Shown piece after piece: positions 11,829-24,000 of a stretch of 58,557 nucleotides of DNA. How positions within the stretch are numbered: position 1 is the first letter of the stretch; every line of letters begins with the position of its first letter. The DNA comes from Macrostomum lignano (taxonomy: Eukaryota), in NCBI GenBank assembly GCA_002269645.1, contig NIVC01004136.1, forward strand, positions 1-58,557, read 5' to 3'. The translations under genes and the position numbers were made by a program. The notes below the pieces were generated by a model. It saw only the letters and a list, made by a program, of their open reading frames with translations. It did no database searches and had not been told where the DNA came from.

Positions 11829-12460
11829 CAGCACCAGCATGATGGCACAGAAGATTTCTGCTGCTGCAACTTGCAAAATCGAGCGCTCAAGCAGTTTTGA
11901 AGCAACATAGACGTTTTTGAAAATTTGTCCAAAACTTTTGTTGCGCAGCGAAGAAATCCGTCAGATAAAGCGCTCGATACTACTGACAATAAAGATACCC
12001 ATGACAAGATCCCCTTTTGCATTCAAAAGCGATGGACTCCGACTTTTATTGCCTGCCGGAAAACTTCTGCACAGAATGGCCTTCAAAAGTTTGGAGAAAC
12101 AGTGAGCAACTCTAACCCTTTCAATCGGATCCATCTCTCGGATGCACTCGCAGCCACTCTGAGCAGTTGGCACCTGAATTCATTTAAATTAACTTACCTA
12201 TTAGTCTTAAAACAGGTCTCTTTTCTATCTGCATTTTTTCAAACCACAGACTTTGAGATGCATCACTGAGCAAAATGACCGGCTGGCAACAGAAGCCACT
12301 TCACAAAATTATTGGACGCACAAAACTCCTGCGTGCGCCACTGACCCAATTAACTGGTGCGGAACTGGGGCAGCTCTCTGAAAAAGCACTGCTTCAAATC
12401 CTTGCAAACTTGCTTTCAGATGAATTTGGAATCAACTACCTATCTACTTAGTGAGCCTAT

Positions 12461-12928
12461 CTACCAGGTTGTCTCCCTATCTACCAGTTTGTCTCCCTAT
12501 CTACCAGTTTGTCTCCCTATCTACCAGTTTGTCTCCCTATCTATCAGGTTGTCTCCCTATCTACCAGTTTTTCTCCCTATCTACCAGTTTGTCTCCCTAT
12601 CTACCAGTTTGTCTCCCTATCTACCAGGTTGTCTCCCTATCTACCAGTTTGTCTCCCTATCTACCAGTTTGTCTCCCTATCTACCAGTTTGTCTCCCTAT
12701 CTACCAGGTTGTCTCCCTATCTACCAGTTTTTCTCCCTATCTACCAGTTTGTCTCCCTATCTACCAGGTTGTCTCCCTATCTACCAGGTTGTCTCCCTAT
12801 CTACCAGTTTGTCTCCCTATCTACCAGGTTGTCTCCCTATCTACCAGTTTTTCTCCCTATCTACCAGTTTGTCTCCCTATCTACCAGGTTGTCTCCCTAT
12901 CTACCAGTTTGTCTCCCTATCTACCAGC
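12461..12928. repeat. 20-bp minisatellite (~23 copies)
   Basis: CTACCAGTTTGTCTCCCTAT units. Confidence 0.97.
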
Positions 12929-13199
12929 CTCTCTCTATCCACGCTCTTACACATTTATCCTCTATCAATTATCTATCTCTAGCGACACCCGCACCCTACT
13001 CACCTCTATCGACTCTTTGAATTTGGACGCAAATCTGTCTCTGCGGATGCTGCAGATGTCTTCCCTTAGCCATCAGTTCGGCCCAGATGATGCTGAAGCT
13101 CTTTCTCGTCTCTGCCTCTCGCGGGTTCACAGAAGCCGACTCAAGCTCGTTTGCCCTCCTCAAATTTGTTAATATATCCTCTGCGGAAGCCGCTGCATT

Positions 13200-15480
13200 C
13201 AGAATCTGGAGACCTAGATTTTTATAATGGAGAATCAGGAGATCTGGATATTTCTAATGGAGAATCTGCAGATCTGGATATTTCTAATGGGGAATCTGGA
13301 GACCTATATATTTCTAATGGGGAATCTGGAGACCTAGATATTTCTAATGGAGAATCTGGAGACCTAGATATTTCTAATGGAGAATCTGGAGATCTGGATA
13401 TTTCTAATGGAGAATCTGGAGATCTGGATATTTCTAATGGAGAATCTGGAGATCTGGATATTTCTAATGCAGAATCTGGAGATCTGGATATTTCTAATGG
13501 AGAATCTGGAGATCTAGATATTTCTAATGGAGAATCTGGAGATCTAGATATTTCTAATGGAGAATCTGGAGATCTCGATATTTCTAATGGAGAATCTGGA
13601 GACCTAGATATTTCTAATGGAGAATCTGGAGATCTGGATATTTCTAATGGAGAATCTGGAGACCTGGATATTTCTAATGGAGAATCTGGAGATCTAATTA
13701 TTTCTAATGGAGAATCTGGAGTTGTGGATATTTCTAATGGAGAATTTGGAGATCTAGATATTTCTAATGGAGAATCTGGAGTTGTGGATATTTCTAATGG
13801 AGAATCTGGAGATCTCGATATTTCTAATGGAGAATCTGGAGTTGTGGATATTTCTAATGGAGAATCTGGAGATCTGGATATTTCTAATGGAGAATCTGGA
13901 GACCTGGATATTTCTAATGGAGAATCTGGAGATCTAATTATTTCTAATGGAGAATCTGGAGATCTGGATATTTCTAATGGAGAATCTGGAGATCTAGATA
14001 TTTCTAATGGAGAATCTGGAGTTGTGGATATTTCTAATGGAGAATCTGGAGATCTAATTATTTCTAATGGAGAATCTGGAGATCTAGATATTTCTAATGG
14101 AGAATCTGCAGATCTGCATATTTCTAATGGAGAATCTGGAGATCTGCATATTTCTAATGGAGAATCTGGAGATCTAGATATTTCTAATGGAGAATCTGCA
14201 GATCTGGATATTTCTAATGAAGAATCTGCAGATCTGGATATTTTTAATGGAGAATCTGCAGATCTGGATATTTCTAATGGAGAATCTGGAGATCTGGATA
14301 TTTTTAATGGAGAATCTGCAGATCTGGATATTTCTAATGGAGAATCTGGACACCTAGATATTTCTAATGGAGAATCTGTACATCTGGATATTTCTAATGG
14401 AGAATCTGGAGATCTGCATATTTCTAATGGAGAATCTGGAGATCTGGATATTTCTAATGGAGAATCTGGAGATCTGGATATTTCTAATGGAGAATCTGGA
14501 GATCTGGATATTTCTAATGGAGAATCTGGAGATCTGGATATTTCTAATGGAGAATCTGGAGATCTGGATATTTCTAATGGAGAATCTGGAGATCTGGATA
14601 TTTCTAATGGAGAATCTGCAGATCTGGATATTTCTAATGGAGAATCTGGAGATCTGGATATTTCTAATGGAAAATCTGGAGATCTGGATATTTCTAATGG
14701 AGAATCTGGAGACCTGGATATTTCTAATGGAGAATCTGGAGATCTGGATATTTCTAATGGAGAATCTGGAGATCTGGATATTTCTAATGGAGAATCTGGA
14801 GATCTCGATATTTCTAATGGAGAATGTGGAGATCTGGATATTTCTAATGGAGAATCTGGAGATCAGGATATTTCTAATGGAGAATCTGGAGATCTGGATA
14901 TTTCTAATGGAGAATCTGGAGTTGTGGATATTTCTAATGGAGAATCTGGAGATCTAGATATTTCTAATGGAGAATCTGGAGTTGTGGATATTTCTAATGG
15001 AGAATCTGGAGATCTAATTATTTCTAATGGAGAATCTGGAGATCTAGATATTTCTAATGGAGAATCTGCACATCTGGATATTTCTAATGGAGAATCTGGA
15101 GACCTAGATATTTTTAATGGAGAATCTGGAGATCTGGATATTTCTAATGGAGAATCTGGAGACCTAGATATTTCTAATGGAGAATCTGGAGTTGTGGATA
15201 TTTCTAATGGAGAATCTGGAGTTGTGGATATTTCTAATGGAGAATCTGGAGATCTGGATATTTCTAATGTTGAATCTGGAGATCTGGATATTTCTAATGG
15301 AGAATCTGGAGATCTGGATATTTCTAATGGAGAATCTGGAGATCTGGATATTTCTAATGGAGAATCTGGAGATCTGGATATTTCTAATGGAGAATCTGGA
15401 GTTGTGGATATTTCTAATGGAGAATCTGGAGACCTAGATATTTCTAATGGAGAATCTGGAGATCTGGATATTTCTAATGA
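13200..15480. repeat. 30-bp minisatellite (~76 copies)
   Basis: AATGGAGAATCTGGAGATCTGGATATTTCT units with recurring variants. Confidence 0.97.
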
Positions 15481-15839
15481 GCCCTATACAACATATGAAG
15501 CTCCTTTGCATGTTGGATCTATCAAACAACTCACCTTTAACTCGTGCCAGGACTTGTGGGAACTCAATGGCCAACGAGCTGGCTGACAGAATTAGAGGTG
15601 AAATTGATTGATTGATTACAGGCTGTTGGGAAAAGGCTTGAAAATAGGAAGACCAAGGAAAGAAGAGTGCAGACAGGGGGTGCGAAAGCAAAAAGTCACG
15701 GAGCCTTCAACGGCCATCATCATTCGAGCCCGTTCCCAGTTTCAGATTTGCTTCCAACAGGCTCTGAGTGAAGCAGTATGCCTGAGTGCTGTGGGCTTGC
15801 ACGACTCACTGATTGAGGTCACCAAGCCCATGGGTTTGT

Positions 15840-16850
15840 GCTGGGGTTGGTTACGGGTGGGTGCTGGGGTTGGTTACAGGTGGGTGCTGGGGTTGGTTAC
15901 AGGTGGGTGCTGGGGTTGGTTACAGGTGGGTGCTGGGGTTGGTTACAGGTAGGTGCTGGGGTTGGTTACAGGTGGTTGCATGCTCGATAGGTTAAAGGTG
16001 GGTGCTGGGTTACAGGTGGGTGCTGGGTTACAGGTGGGTGCTGGGTTACAGGTGGGTGCTGGGTTACAGGTGGGTGCTGGGTTACAGGTGGGTGCTGGGT
16101 TACAGGTGGGTGCTGGGTTACAGGTGGGTGCTGGGTTACAGGTGGGTGCTGGGTTACAGGTGGGTGCTGGGTTACAGGTGGGTGCTGGGTTACAGGTGGG
16201 TGCTGGGTTACAGATGGGTGCTGGGTTACAGGTGGGTGCTGGGTTACAGGTGGGTGCTGGGTTACAGGTGGGTGCTGGGTTACAGGTGGGTGCTGGGTTA
16301 CAGGTGGGTGCTGGGTTACAGATGGGTGCTGGGTTACAGGTGGGTGCTGGGTTACAGGTGGGTGCTGGGTTACAGGTGGGTGCTGGGTTACAGGTGGGTG
16401 CTGGGTTACAGGTGGGTGCTGGGTTACAGGTGGGTGCTGGGTTACAGGTGGGTGCTGGGTTACAGGTGGGTGCTGGGTTACAGGTGGGTGCTGGGTTACA
16501 GGTGGGTGCTGGGTTACAGGCGGATGCTGGGTTACAGGTGGGTGCTGGGTTACAGGCGGATGCTGGGTTACAGGCGGATGCTGGGTTACAGGCGGATGCT
16601 GGGTTACAGGTGGGTGCTGGGTTACAGGTGGGTGCTGGGTTACAGGTGGGTGCTGGGTTACAGGTGGGTGCTGGGTTACAGGTGGGTGCTGGGTTACAGG
16701 TGGGTGCTGGGTTTCAGGAGGGTGCTGGGTTACAGGCGGATGCTGGGTTACAGGTGGGTGCTGGGTTACAGGTGGGTGCTGGGTTACAGGTGGGTGCTGG
16801 GTTACAGGTGGGTGCTGTGTTACAGGCGGATGGTGGGTTACAGGTGGATG
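15840..16850. repeat. G-rich minisatellite: 23-bp units (~15840-15975) then 18-bp units (~15995-16850)
   Basis: GGTGGGTGCTGGGGTTGGTTACA followed by GGTGGGTGCTGGGTTACA (~47 copies). Confidence 0.97.
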
Positions 16851-17346
16851 CATATCGCATTTGAGCATTCAGTCACACGCTCAGGTAACTACTTGACCGC
16901 CAGTCTGACCCCCACAATCTAAGCCAGCCCCGCCTATCAAGGTAAGCGTACACCAGTGAATTACCTACCCTCCCTCTGTGCAACAGTAAAACATTTATTG
17001 CCCTCCTCCTATCCCCGCAGTGCATTCTTTCTCTCCTATGGTTTTGCATTGCCGCCTATCTCCCCAGTGCTGGTGCCGCAGCCTCCAACCTCGCTTCACT
17101 GAAAAACTATTCAATATTTTTCAATTCTAGCCCCAATAAAGTAAATGACTATCACCATCACGGACGAGCCCGGTGGGGAAAATAGGGAAGATGTCCCTGG
17201 CCGGCGCTACACAGGGAGGGAGATGGGGCCCGCAATGAGCCGAGCTGACAGCGCCTTCTGACCCAGAAATTAATGAGCTGCAGTCAGCTTCAGGCCATTC
17301 ACTGCCTCTTTGAGGGACAACCCCTGTGGAAAGCTAGAGCTGCCTG

Positions 17347-17360
17347 GTTGCCATGGCGAC
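17347..17360. promoter_or_regulatory. RFX X-box (paralog 2)
   Basis: GTTGCCATGGCGAC followed by the same CGCAGCTAAAACATGAT and TTTTATATTGG as copy 1. Confidence 0.6.
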
Positions 17361-17603
17361 CGCAGCTAAAACATGATCCCGCCTCGGGGCTTTTATATTG
17401 GCCTGCAGCTTCTGCCTGCTGTGAGACTGCAAACTGAATTTTGCAAAATCTGAGACATCCCAGCAGAGTCAACATAGCTGCTGAGTGTTGAGCACCTCTC
17501 CATCCGCTGTCTCCCTCAGAAAAAGCCTTTTACTAAAAAGAAGCAGCAGGTGAAATCCACAGTGAGGCGACGGCTTTCACCCACTACTCCACATTCAGAG
17601 AAA

Positions 17604-18649
17604 ATGCAGCTCCAACCCGCTCGTCAAGTCGCTCTGCTGCTGCTGCTGCTCGCTGCAGTCCTGCATCACGTGACCGAAGCCGCCGCCTCCTCCTCCGAAC
17701 AACCCTGGTGGTCGAATCACGAGAGCCTCTCCGAGTACGAGGCCGTGAGGTCGCTGCCTTTCCGAAGCGACTTAGAATGCGCCGTGCGTGCCAGCAGAGA
17801 CTCCGCTGTGCAGCTGGTGGCATTCAACGCCAGCTCCGGCCTGTGCGCTCACTTCAGGTGCCGCCTGGGCCTGAGCCACTGCAGGAAGTGCCGCAATGCG
17901 AACAAGGGAGCTCAGCGAGTGTGGGTGAGTCACTCCGTTAGATGTGTCAGCATCACAGCCACGCTTTCACACAGAGTAGAAAAGCTGACACACCTGTTGT
18001 GTCACCTTGCAGACAGCCGGCAGTGACTGCTGGACCACCGTGCAGCACAGGGTGTCCGGCTCAGTGGACTTTTACCGCAACTGGACTCAGTACCAGAGCG
18101 AGTTCGGCGAGGGACCCGACGGAAACTACTGGATCGGTGAGTGCATCCCAGATCTGCTCCATTCGCTTCCTTTCCAACTCGGACTTCAATGACAAACACC
18201 GCCATGACGTCCGCATCTTCCCAGGCCTGAACTCTCTCCACGCTCTCACTGCTTCTGGTCCTCGGAAGCTGAGGATCCTGATGAAGGCGTGGAACGACTC
18301 TGAGCACTGGGCTGAGTACTCCAGCTTCTCCGTGGGTCCCGAGTCGGACAACTACCGGCTGAGCGTGTCCGGCTTCTCCGGCAGCGCCGGCATCGGCGAC
18401 AGTCTCGCTCCCTGGAGCAACGGCATGCAGTTCAGCACGAAGGAAGCCGATCACGACATCAGCACTGACAACTGCGCAACGAAGTATAAAGGTGCCTGGT
18501 GGTTTAGGGGCTGTTTCGAGACCCACCCGAACGGAGAGTACAAAGACGCATCTGTTGCCATCGGAGGTGCTCATGCAGAGGGAGTTATTTGGAGCTTTAA
18601 TTTTGGCTTCTACTACTCGCTGAAGGAGTTCGAGATGCTGCTTCTGTAA
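17604..18649 (+). CDS. Secreted fibrinogen-related protein, copy 2; exons 17604-17924, 18013-18136, 18225-18649 (289 aa)
   Basis: Same exon structure, splice sites and FBG motifs as copy 1. Confidence 0.93.
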
Positions 18650-19334
18650 CAGCACCAGCTGATGGCACAGAAGATGCTGCTGCAACTTGCAAAATCGAGC
18701 GCTCAAGCAGTTTCTAAACAACTTTGAAATTTTGAAAATTTGTCCAAACTGAAATATTTTTTGTAACGCAAAGAAATCTGTCAGATGGAGCGCTCGATAC
18801 TGATCGAGAAAATACACAATACAAAATTTCCACCGATGTTAAGCGTTCAACTCAAGGCTGTTGTCCATGGCTCTGCCTGCAGCACAGAATTAGCCAGTGC
18901 CCTGCTAAATAAACTGCTCTGGTTCAAGTTTGCTTTCATCAGGTTTCCCGTGAAACAATTTTGCACACCGACCAGAGCCGGGTCGGAGGGCGGGCCCGCG
19001 GAGAAACGGCCCGATCAACAACTACCGCGCACCCCCCTGGCAACGGGACGAGATCAGACCGGCCGGGAGACAAGCTGAAAATAGCTGGAGAGGCCCTTCC
19101 TGGAGATGAACAGAAGAATGCACCGTTGACGGGGAGGGACTGAATTTACAGTGAGGGCAGAGGCTTGGAAAAGGGGAGGCTGCATCCAACGCAACCAGGG
19201 CGTTCAAATCCCCACTCCGCCACCCCTGCAAGGGCAGAGCCGACCCCCTCCCCCTAGCAACTGGTTAGTTTAGTGCATTTGAGATATAGTTCGTTAGGGG
19301 CTGCGTCCCAACTCAAGGCATCGCAAATGCGCAC

Positions 19335-19545
19335 CGTCTGAAGGCTGCGTACGGCTGTTCTGTCCGAGGACTGGGGGGTCACCACTCACCACACACATCG
19401 TTAATTACCCCAGCTAATGCTGGCACCCATTTTACAGCTGAGTGAACTGAAGCAATGCAGAGTTAAGTGTTTAGCTTAGGGACGCAAATCGTTCCGAGTC
19501 AAACCCCGACGCTCGAGTACGTAGTGAGTCCGACCACTAGGCGAG
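19335..19545 (-). mobile_element. tRNA-derived SINE, diverged copy
   Basis: Shares TCTGAAGGCTGCGTACGGCTG..AATTACCCCAGCT.ATGCTGGCACCCATTTTACAGCTG..AAGCAATGCAGA with the copies at 26612 and 35131. Confidence 0.8.
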
Positions 19546-21021
19546 AAATAGGTGCCAATCAAACGGCTATATTTATAGATTTTTACAAAAGCTTCCAGTT
19601 CTTCCAGACACGCATATCGGCTCGGAAAGCAATGAGCAGACATGTAAACATTTTGTTAAACACATTGAGTCTGAATTCTAAATTACGCTCGTATCGATTT
19701 TAGCTAGTCATAATTTAAGAAGATAAATTCCAATTCTCTTAGCAACAACATGGGCCCATGAAAAGCTGAATTTCAACGGCTCTCTCAGGGAAATGCATTG
19801 CCGACACAGGAAGTTTGAAGTTTTTAGTGATAAATTCGCAACATCTCAGTCCTGGAATTCGTCTCTTTCGAAACCCCATTTTAGCGCCACGGAAAAATCC
19901 AAAGTCTGCAAAATTGGTTTAACAAATGTGCGCTGGTAGCTCTACCATAGGTACTTTGCCAAACTGCATTTTTTCGACAAGCTTCCAATCCCCGATGCAA
20001 CTGCCCCATCAATTTGCCTGTTTTAGCTCAAAAGCCAGCTCCCGCTCGCTGTTGACATCCAGCTCACAAACGCTCCACACAGGGCTTGAGAAGAAGGCCA
20101 AACTTGTTTTTCCCAAAACTTGGAGAGATTATCCCAGACTTGTGAGAACGAAATGAGCTCATATTTATGAGAATTATTCTTAATTAGATTACCTATTGGG
20201 TCTTACCAAAGGTTTGCCAAAGGTGCGATTGAACCATAAAAAAGGTATCAATGCCGTTTTGCTGATTTGGTTGGTGCACCCTGCATAATTCGAAGGTCCT
20301 GAGGTAAAATGCTGCGAATTTAATGCTAAAAAAGACAAAACTTCCTACATGCATGGCGAATGCATCTTGCAGCACAAATCCAAGTGTTGCGTCATCCAAC
20401 CCGTGTTGTCCATGTTGAGGCCTCCAATAAAATGTGCACACGGGTTTTGAATGCCAGCAAAGCTAAGCCTGATGCCAGGAAAAGCTCTGCGTGTGCTGCC
20501 ATTCGCGGTTTGACGACTCTCTGGGCTGGAACTGGTAGGCCCTGTTAGCGACAGACGCCGCTTGGCTGGCGTCAGCGGTCGATGCACTTTGGGCGCCGTT
20601 TGGTCTCGCATAGCGCAGCTCCAACGATTCCGCCGTGTGCCGCCTACGGGTTGGCAGAGTGAAACATTCCGAGGTCAGCCGATGCTACCCGGCGTTGATG
20701 AAAAATGCAGGGTAAATTTAAAGTACCCATCGTACTTCTACATTACACCGACAAATAGTTTTATGGAAAAGCTAAGTCATGCGTCGGTGTGATGCAGCAG
20801 TACCCATACATTTTCCAGCGACATCCATCGATGAATTACGACGTCACACGTCGGATAAACGTCGGTCGGTGCATTGTAAATGTACCCATGTCAGCGACGT
20901 CCATCAACCTCGATTGACGTATCCGACCTCAGATTTCTGTACAGTACAGACCAGAACCTGGTGGCACAGATACAAATGTCAGAACTTGTTTGACAATAAG
21001 CAAGACTTCACAGCCACTCAC

Positions 21022-24000
21022 CCATTCTGTTCTCGATCGTCCAGGGGATAATTGACTGTCCGAGTGAGCGGATGCCTTAAAGTACTCTTTTTTAGGTAGA
21101 GAATAAAGCCGACAATAACTGCAATCATGATGCACAGCATCAGAACGATGGTGATCATCAGAACTAAGGAAACCTGAATGGGGGCGATATGTTTTAATAC
21201 ATATTGCATCTATTTCATTTTTACTCAGCCAAAGCATCATGCATCGTCGCTAAATTGCTTAAATTTACTCACCACTTTGATATTTAAAGCCGAGAAACGA
21301 AACTTAATCTGGGTTGGTTTGTTGATTTGATGGGATTCTGATGTATCTTTAATTACTGACGCCGATGTAGCGCCTGCCGCTGTGACCGTCGCTCTTTGAG
21401 AAGGTTTTGAGCTGTCACTTATTGAAGGGACAGAGTTTGAAAAGACTGTTGTTTTCGCAGGTATTGTTATCGCAGGTGTTGTTGCACGCGTGGTTTTCAC
21501 AGGTGTTGTCGCAGGTGCTGTTGCATGTGTTGTTTTCGCAGGTATTGTTTTCGCAGGTGTTGTTGTAGCAGGTGTAGTTGTCGCAGTTGTTGTAGTCGCA
21601 GGTGCTGTTGTCGCAGGTGTTGTTGTCGCAGGTGTTGTTGCACGAGTGGTTTTCACAGGTGTTGTCGCAGGTGCTGTTGCATGTGTTGTTTTCGCAGGTA
21701 TTGTTTTCGCAGGTGTTGTTGTAGCAGGTGTTGTTGTCGCAGTTGTTGTAGTCGCAGGTGCTGTTGTCGCAGGTGCTGTTGTCGCAGGTGTTGTTGTCGC
21801 AGGTGTTGTTGTCGCAGGTGTAGTTGTCGCAGGTGTTGTCGCAGGTGCTGTTGTCGCAGGTGCTGTTGACGCAGGTGCTGTTGTCGCATGTGTTGTTCTC
21901 GCAGGTGTTTTCGGAGGTGTTTTCGCATATGTTCTTGTCGCACGTGTATTTGCAGGTGACGTATTTGAGAAGGGTTTTGTTGAAGCGGTTTTTATTGAAT
22001 GAGATGCTGTTGAGCTTCCGTTGTGGCACCACGTGGCGTTGCGATGGCATGGGTGAGTCTCCAGCTGACAGTGAGGTCCGGTAAAGTTCATCGGGCACTG
22101 GCAAACCGGCCGTCCTTGCAGGTCCTCCGAGCAGCTGCCTCCGTTCTGGCAGAAGGCCTGTCCCTGCCGCAGACACTTGTCTGACGGAGCGCAGCTGCCG
22201 TTGAGAGCCGTGTAGCCTGCAGGGCAGATCGCAGAGCCGTTGGGGCTGCAGCCGAACCTGGACGGGTCGCAGTGCACCGAACAGGCAGCTTGGTAGAAGT
22301 TCGGCCTGCACCCGATCCAGACAGCCAGTTTCAGGATGTGGCCATTGCTAGAGATCTCCGTAAGGTGCGATGACCAGCGGCTGTTTGCTGAGTTGTTAGC
22401 AAAAAATGGGAGCTCTGCGGCGTTGTAGGAGCGGTGCAATCTGCACATGAGCTCATGCTCTCCGGGGTCTTTGTCCTTGACAGTGACCGACACTTGGACA
22501 TTGTCAGTGGGCTTCAGATCCGATCCGGTGAAGTGAAACTCCAGAGGGTTGATAAGCTGGCCGATGAAATCGCCGAAGTGAATCACTCTCGGGGCATTGT
22601 CGTAGTCAGACGAGACGAAGGTTGCCAGAATTTTCCTTGGCGTCGACACGGATATGAGAAAGTACGGGTCGCAGTGGTCACTTCCAAAGAAGCTCCGGTC
22701 GCAGCTGTCTCGGTCTCTTTGTCGATACGAGTCGAGCTTCACGTGTACTGCTCCAATTGTTGTTATTGAAGGCACTGCTGTTGTACGTTTTTTTGTGAAA
22801 GCAGCTGTAGGGATCGCAGAAGAAGCAGATGTGGCTCTGTGTGAAGTCTCCTTAGCATGAGTAGCTAAACTGTAAGGTACTGTTGCTTCAGTGTTAGTAT
22901 GGGGATTTTTGTTAGCTAATTGAGTCGCTGTGCTTGCAGCAGTAGATACTTTTGTGGCAGAACTGTCCAGTGCAACAGCTTTTGAAAGACTGGACGGAAT
23001 CGAGGCTGTTGTGGCATAATTGATTTTCGAAGTTTTTTTAGTAGAGCCACTAAGTAGAGCTATGAATGTTGTCAGCTTGGTTGGTGCAAGGCCCTGTGCG
23101 AACGAGTCTGCAGTAGCAGTAGTTTTCGAGGCTTTAAAAGCTTTCGTGTGTCGAAGTGAATCGTCCAGTGCTGACTCTCGCTTCATCAAAGGCGTTTGCT
23201 GAAACTGGCACACAGCTCCTGAGAAGCCGCTCCTGCAGTCGCATCTGAAGCTGCCCACGGTGTTCACGCAGTCGCCATAGGAGCCGCAGAGACCTGCCAT
23301 CAGGCGGCACTCGTCAACATCCTGGTCGCAGTGGTAGCCAGTGAATCCTTTGTCGCAGACGCACACCGATGAGCCGTTGCTGTTGAAAGTCTGGCAGCTT
23401 CCGTTGCGGCACCACGTGGCGTTGCGATGGCACGGGTGAGTCTCCAGCTGACAGTGAGGTCCGGTGAAGTTCATCGGGCACTGGCAAACCGGCCGTCCTT
23501 GCAGGTCCTCCGAGCAGCTGCCTCCGTTCTGGCAGAAGGCCTGTCCCTGCCGCAGACACTTGTCTGACGGAGCGCAGCTGCCGTTGAGAGCCGTGTAGCC
23601 TGCAGGGCAGATCGCAGAGCCGTTGGGGCTGCAGCCGAACCTGGACGGGTCGCAGTGCACCGAACAGGCAGCTTGGTAGAAGTTCGGCCTGCACCCGATC
23701 CAGACAGCCAGTTTCAGGATGTGGCCATTGCTAGAGATCTCAGTGAGCTGCGATGACCAGCGGCTGTTTGCTGAGTTGTTAGCAAAAAATGGGAGCTCTG
23801 CGGCGTTGTAGGAGCGGTGCAATCTGCACATGAGCTCATGCTCTCCGGGGTCTTTGTCCTTGACAGTGACCGACACTTGGACATTGTCAGTGGGCTTCAG
23901 ATCCGATCCGGTGAAGTGAAACTCCAGAGGGTTGATAAGCTGGCCGATGAAATCTCCGAAGTGAATCACTGTCGGGGCATTGTCGTATTCAGACGAAACG

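Larger units (their letters stand above)
10200..11990 (+). repeat. Tandem duplication unit 1 (FReD gene plus flanks); paralog at ~17180-18810
   Basis: Upstream, intronic and downstream sequence align with 17180-18810; intron 2 is identical. Confidence 0.9.

Noticed and set aside
12357-13172. Long ORFs (SLSTSLSPYLPVCLPIYQ repeats)
   Set aside because: Translations of the 20-bp minisatellite
15953-16922. Three ~300-aa ORFs (LQVGAG, VTQHPP, GYRWVL)
   Set aside because: The 18-bp unit has no stop in several frames; no gene context
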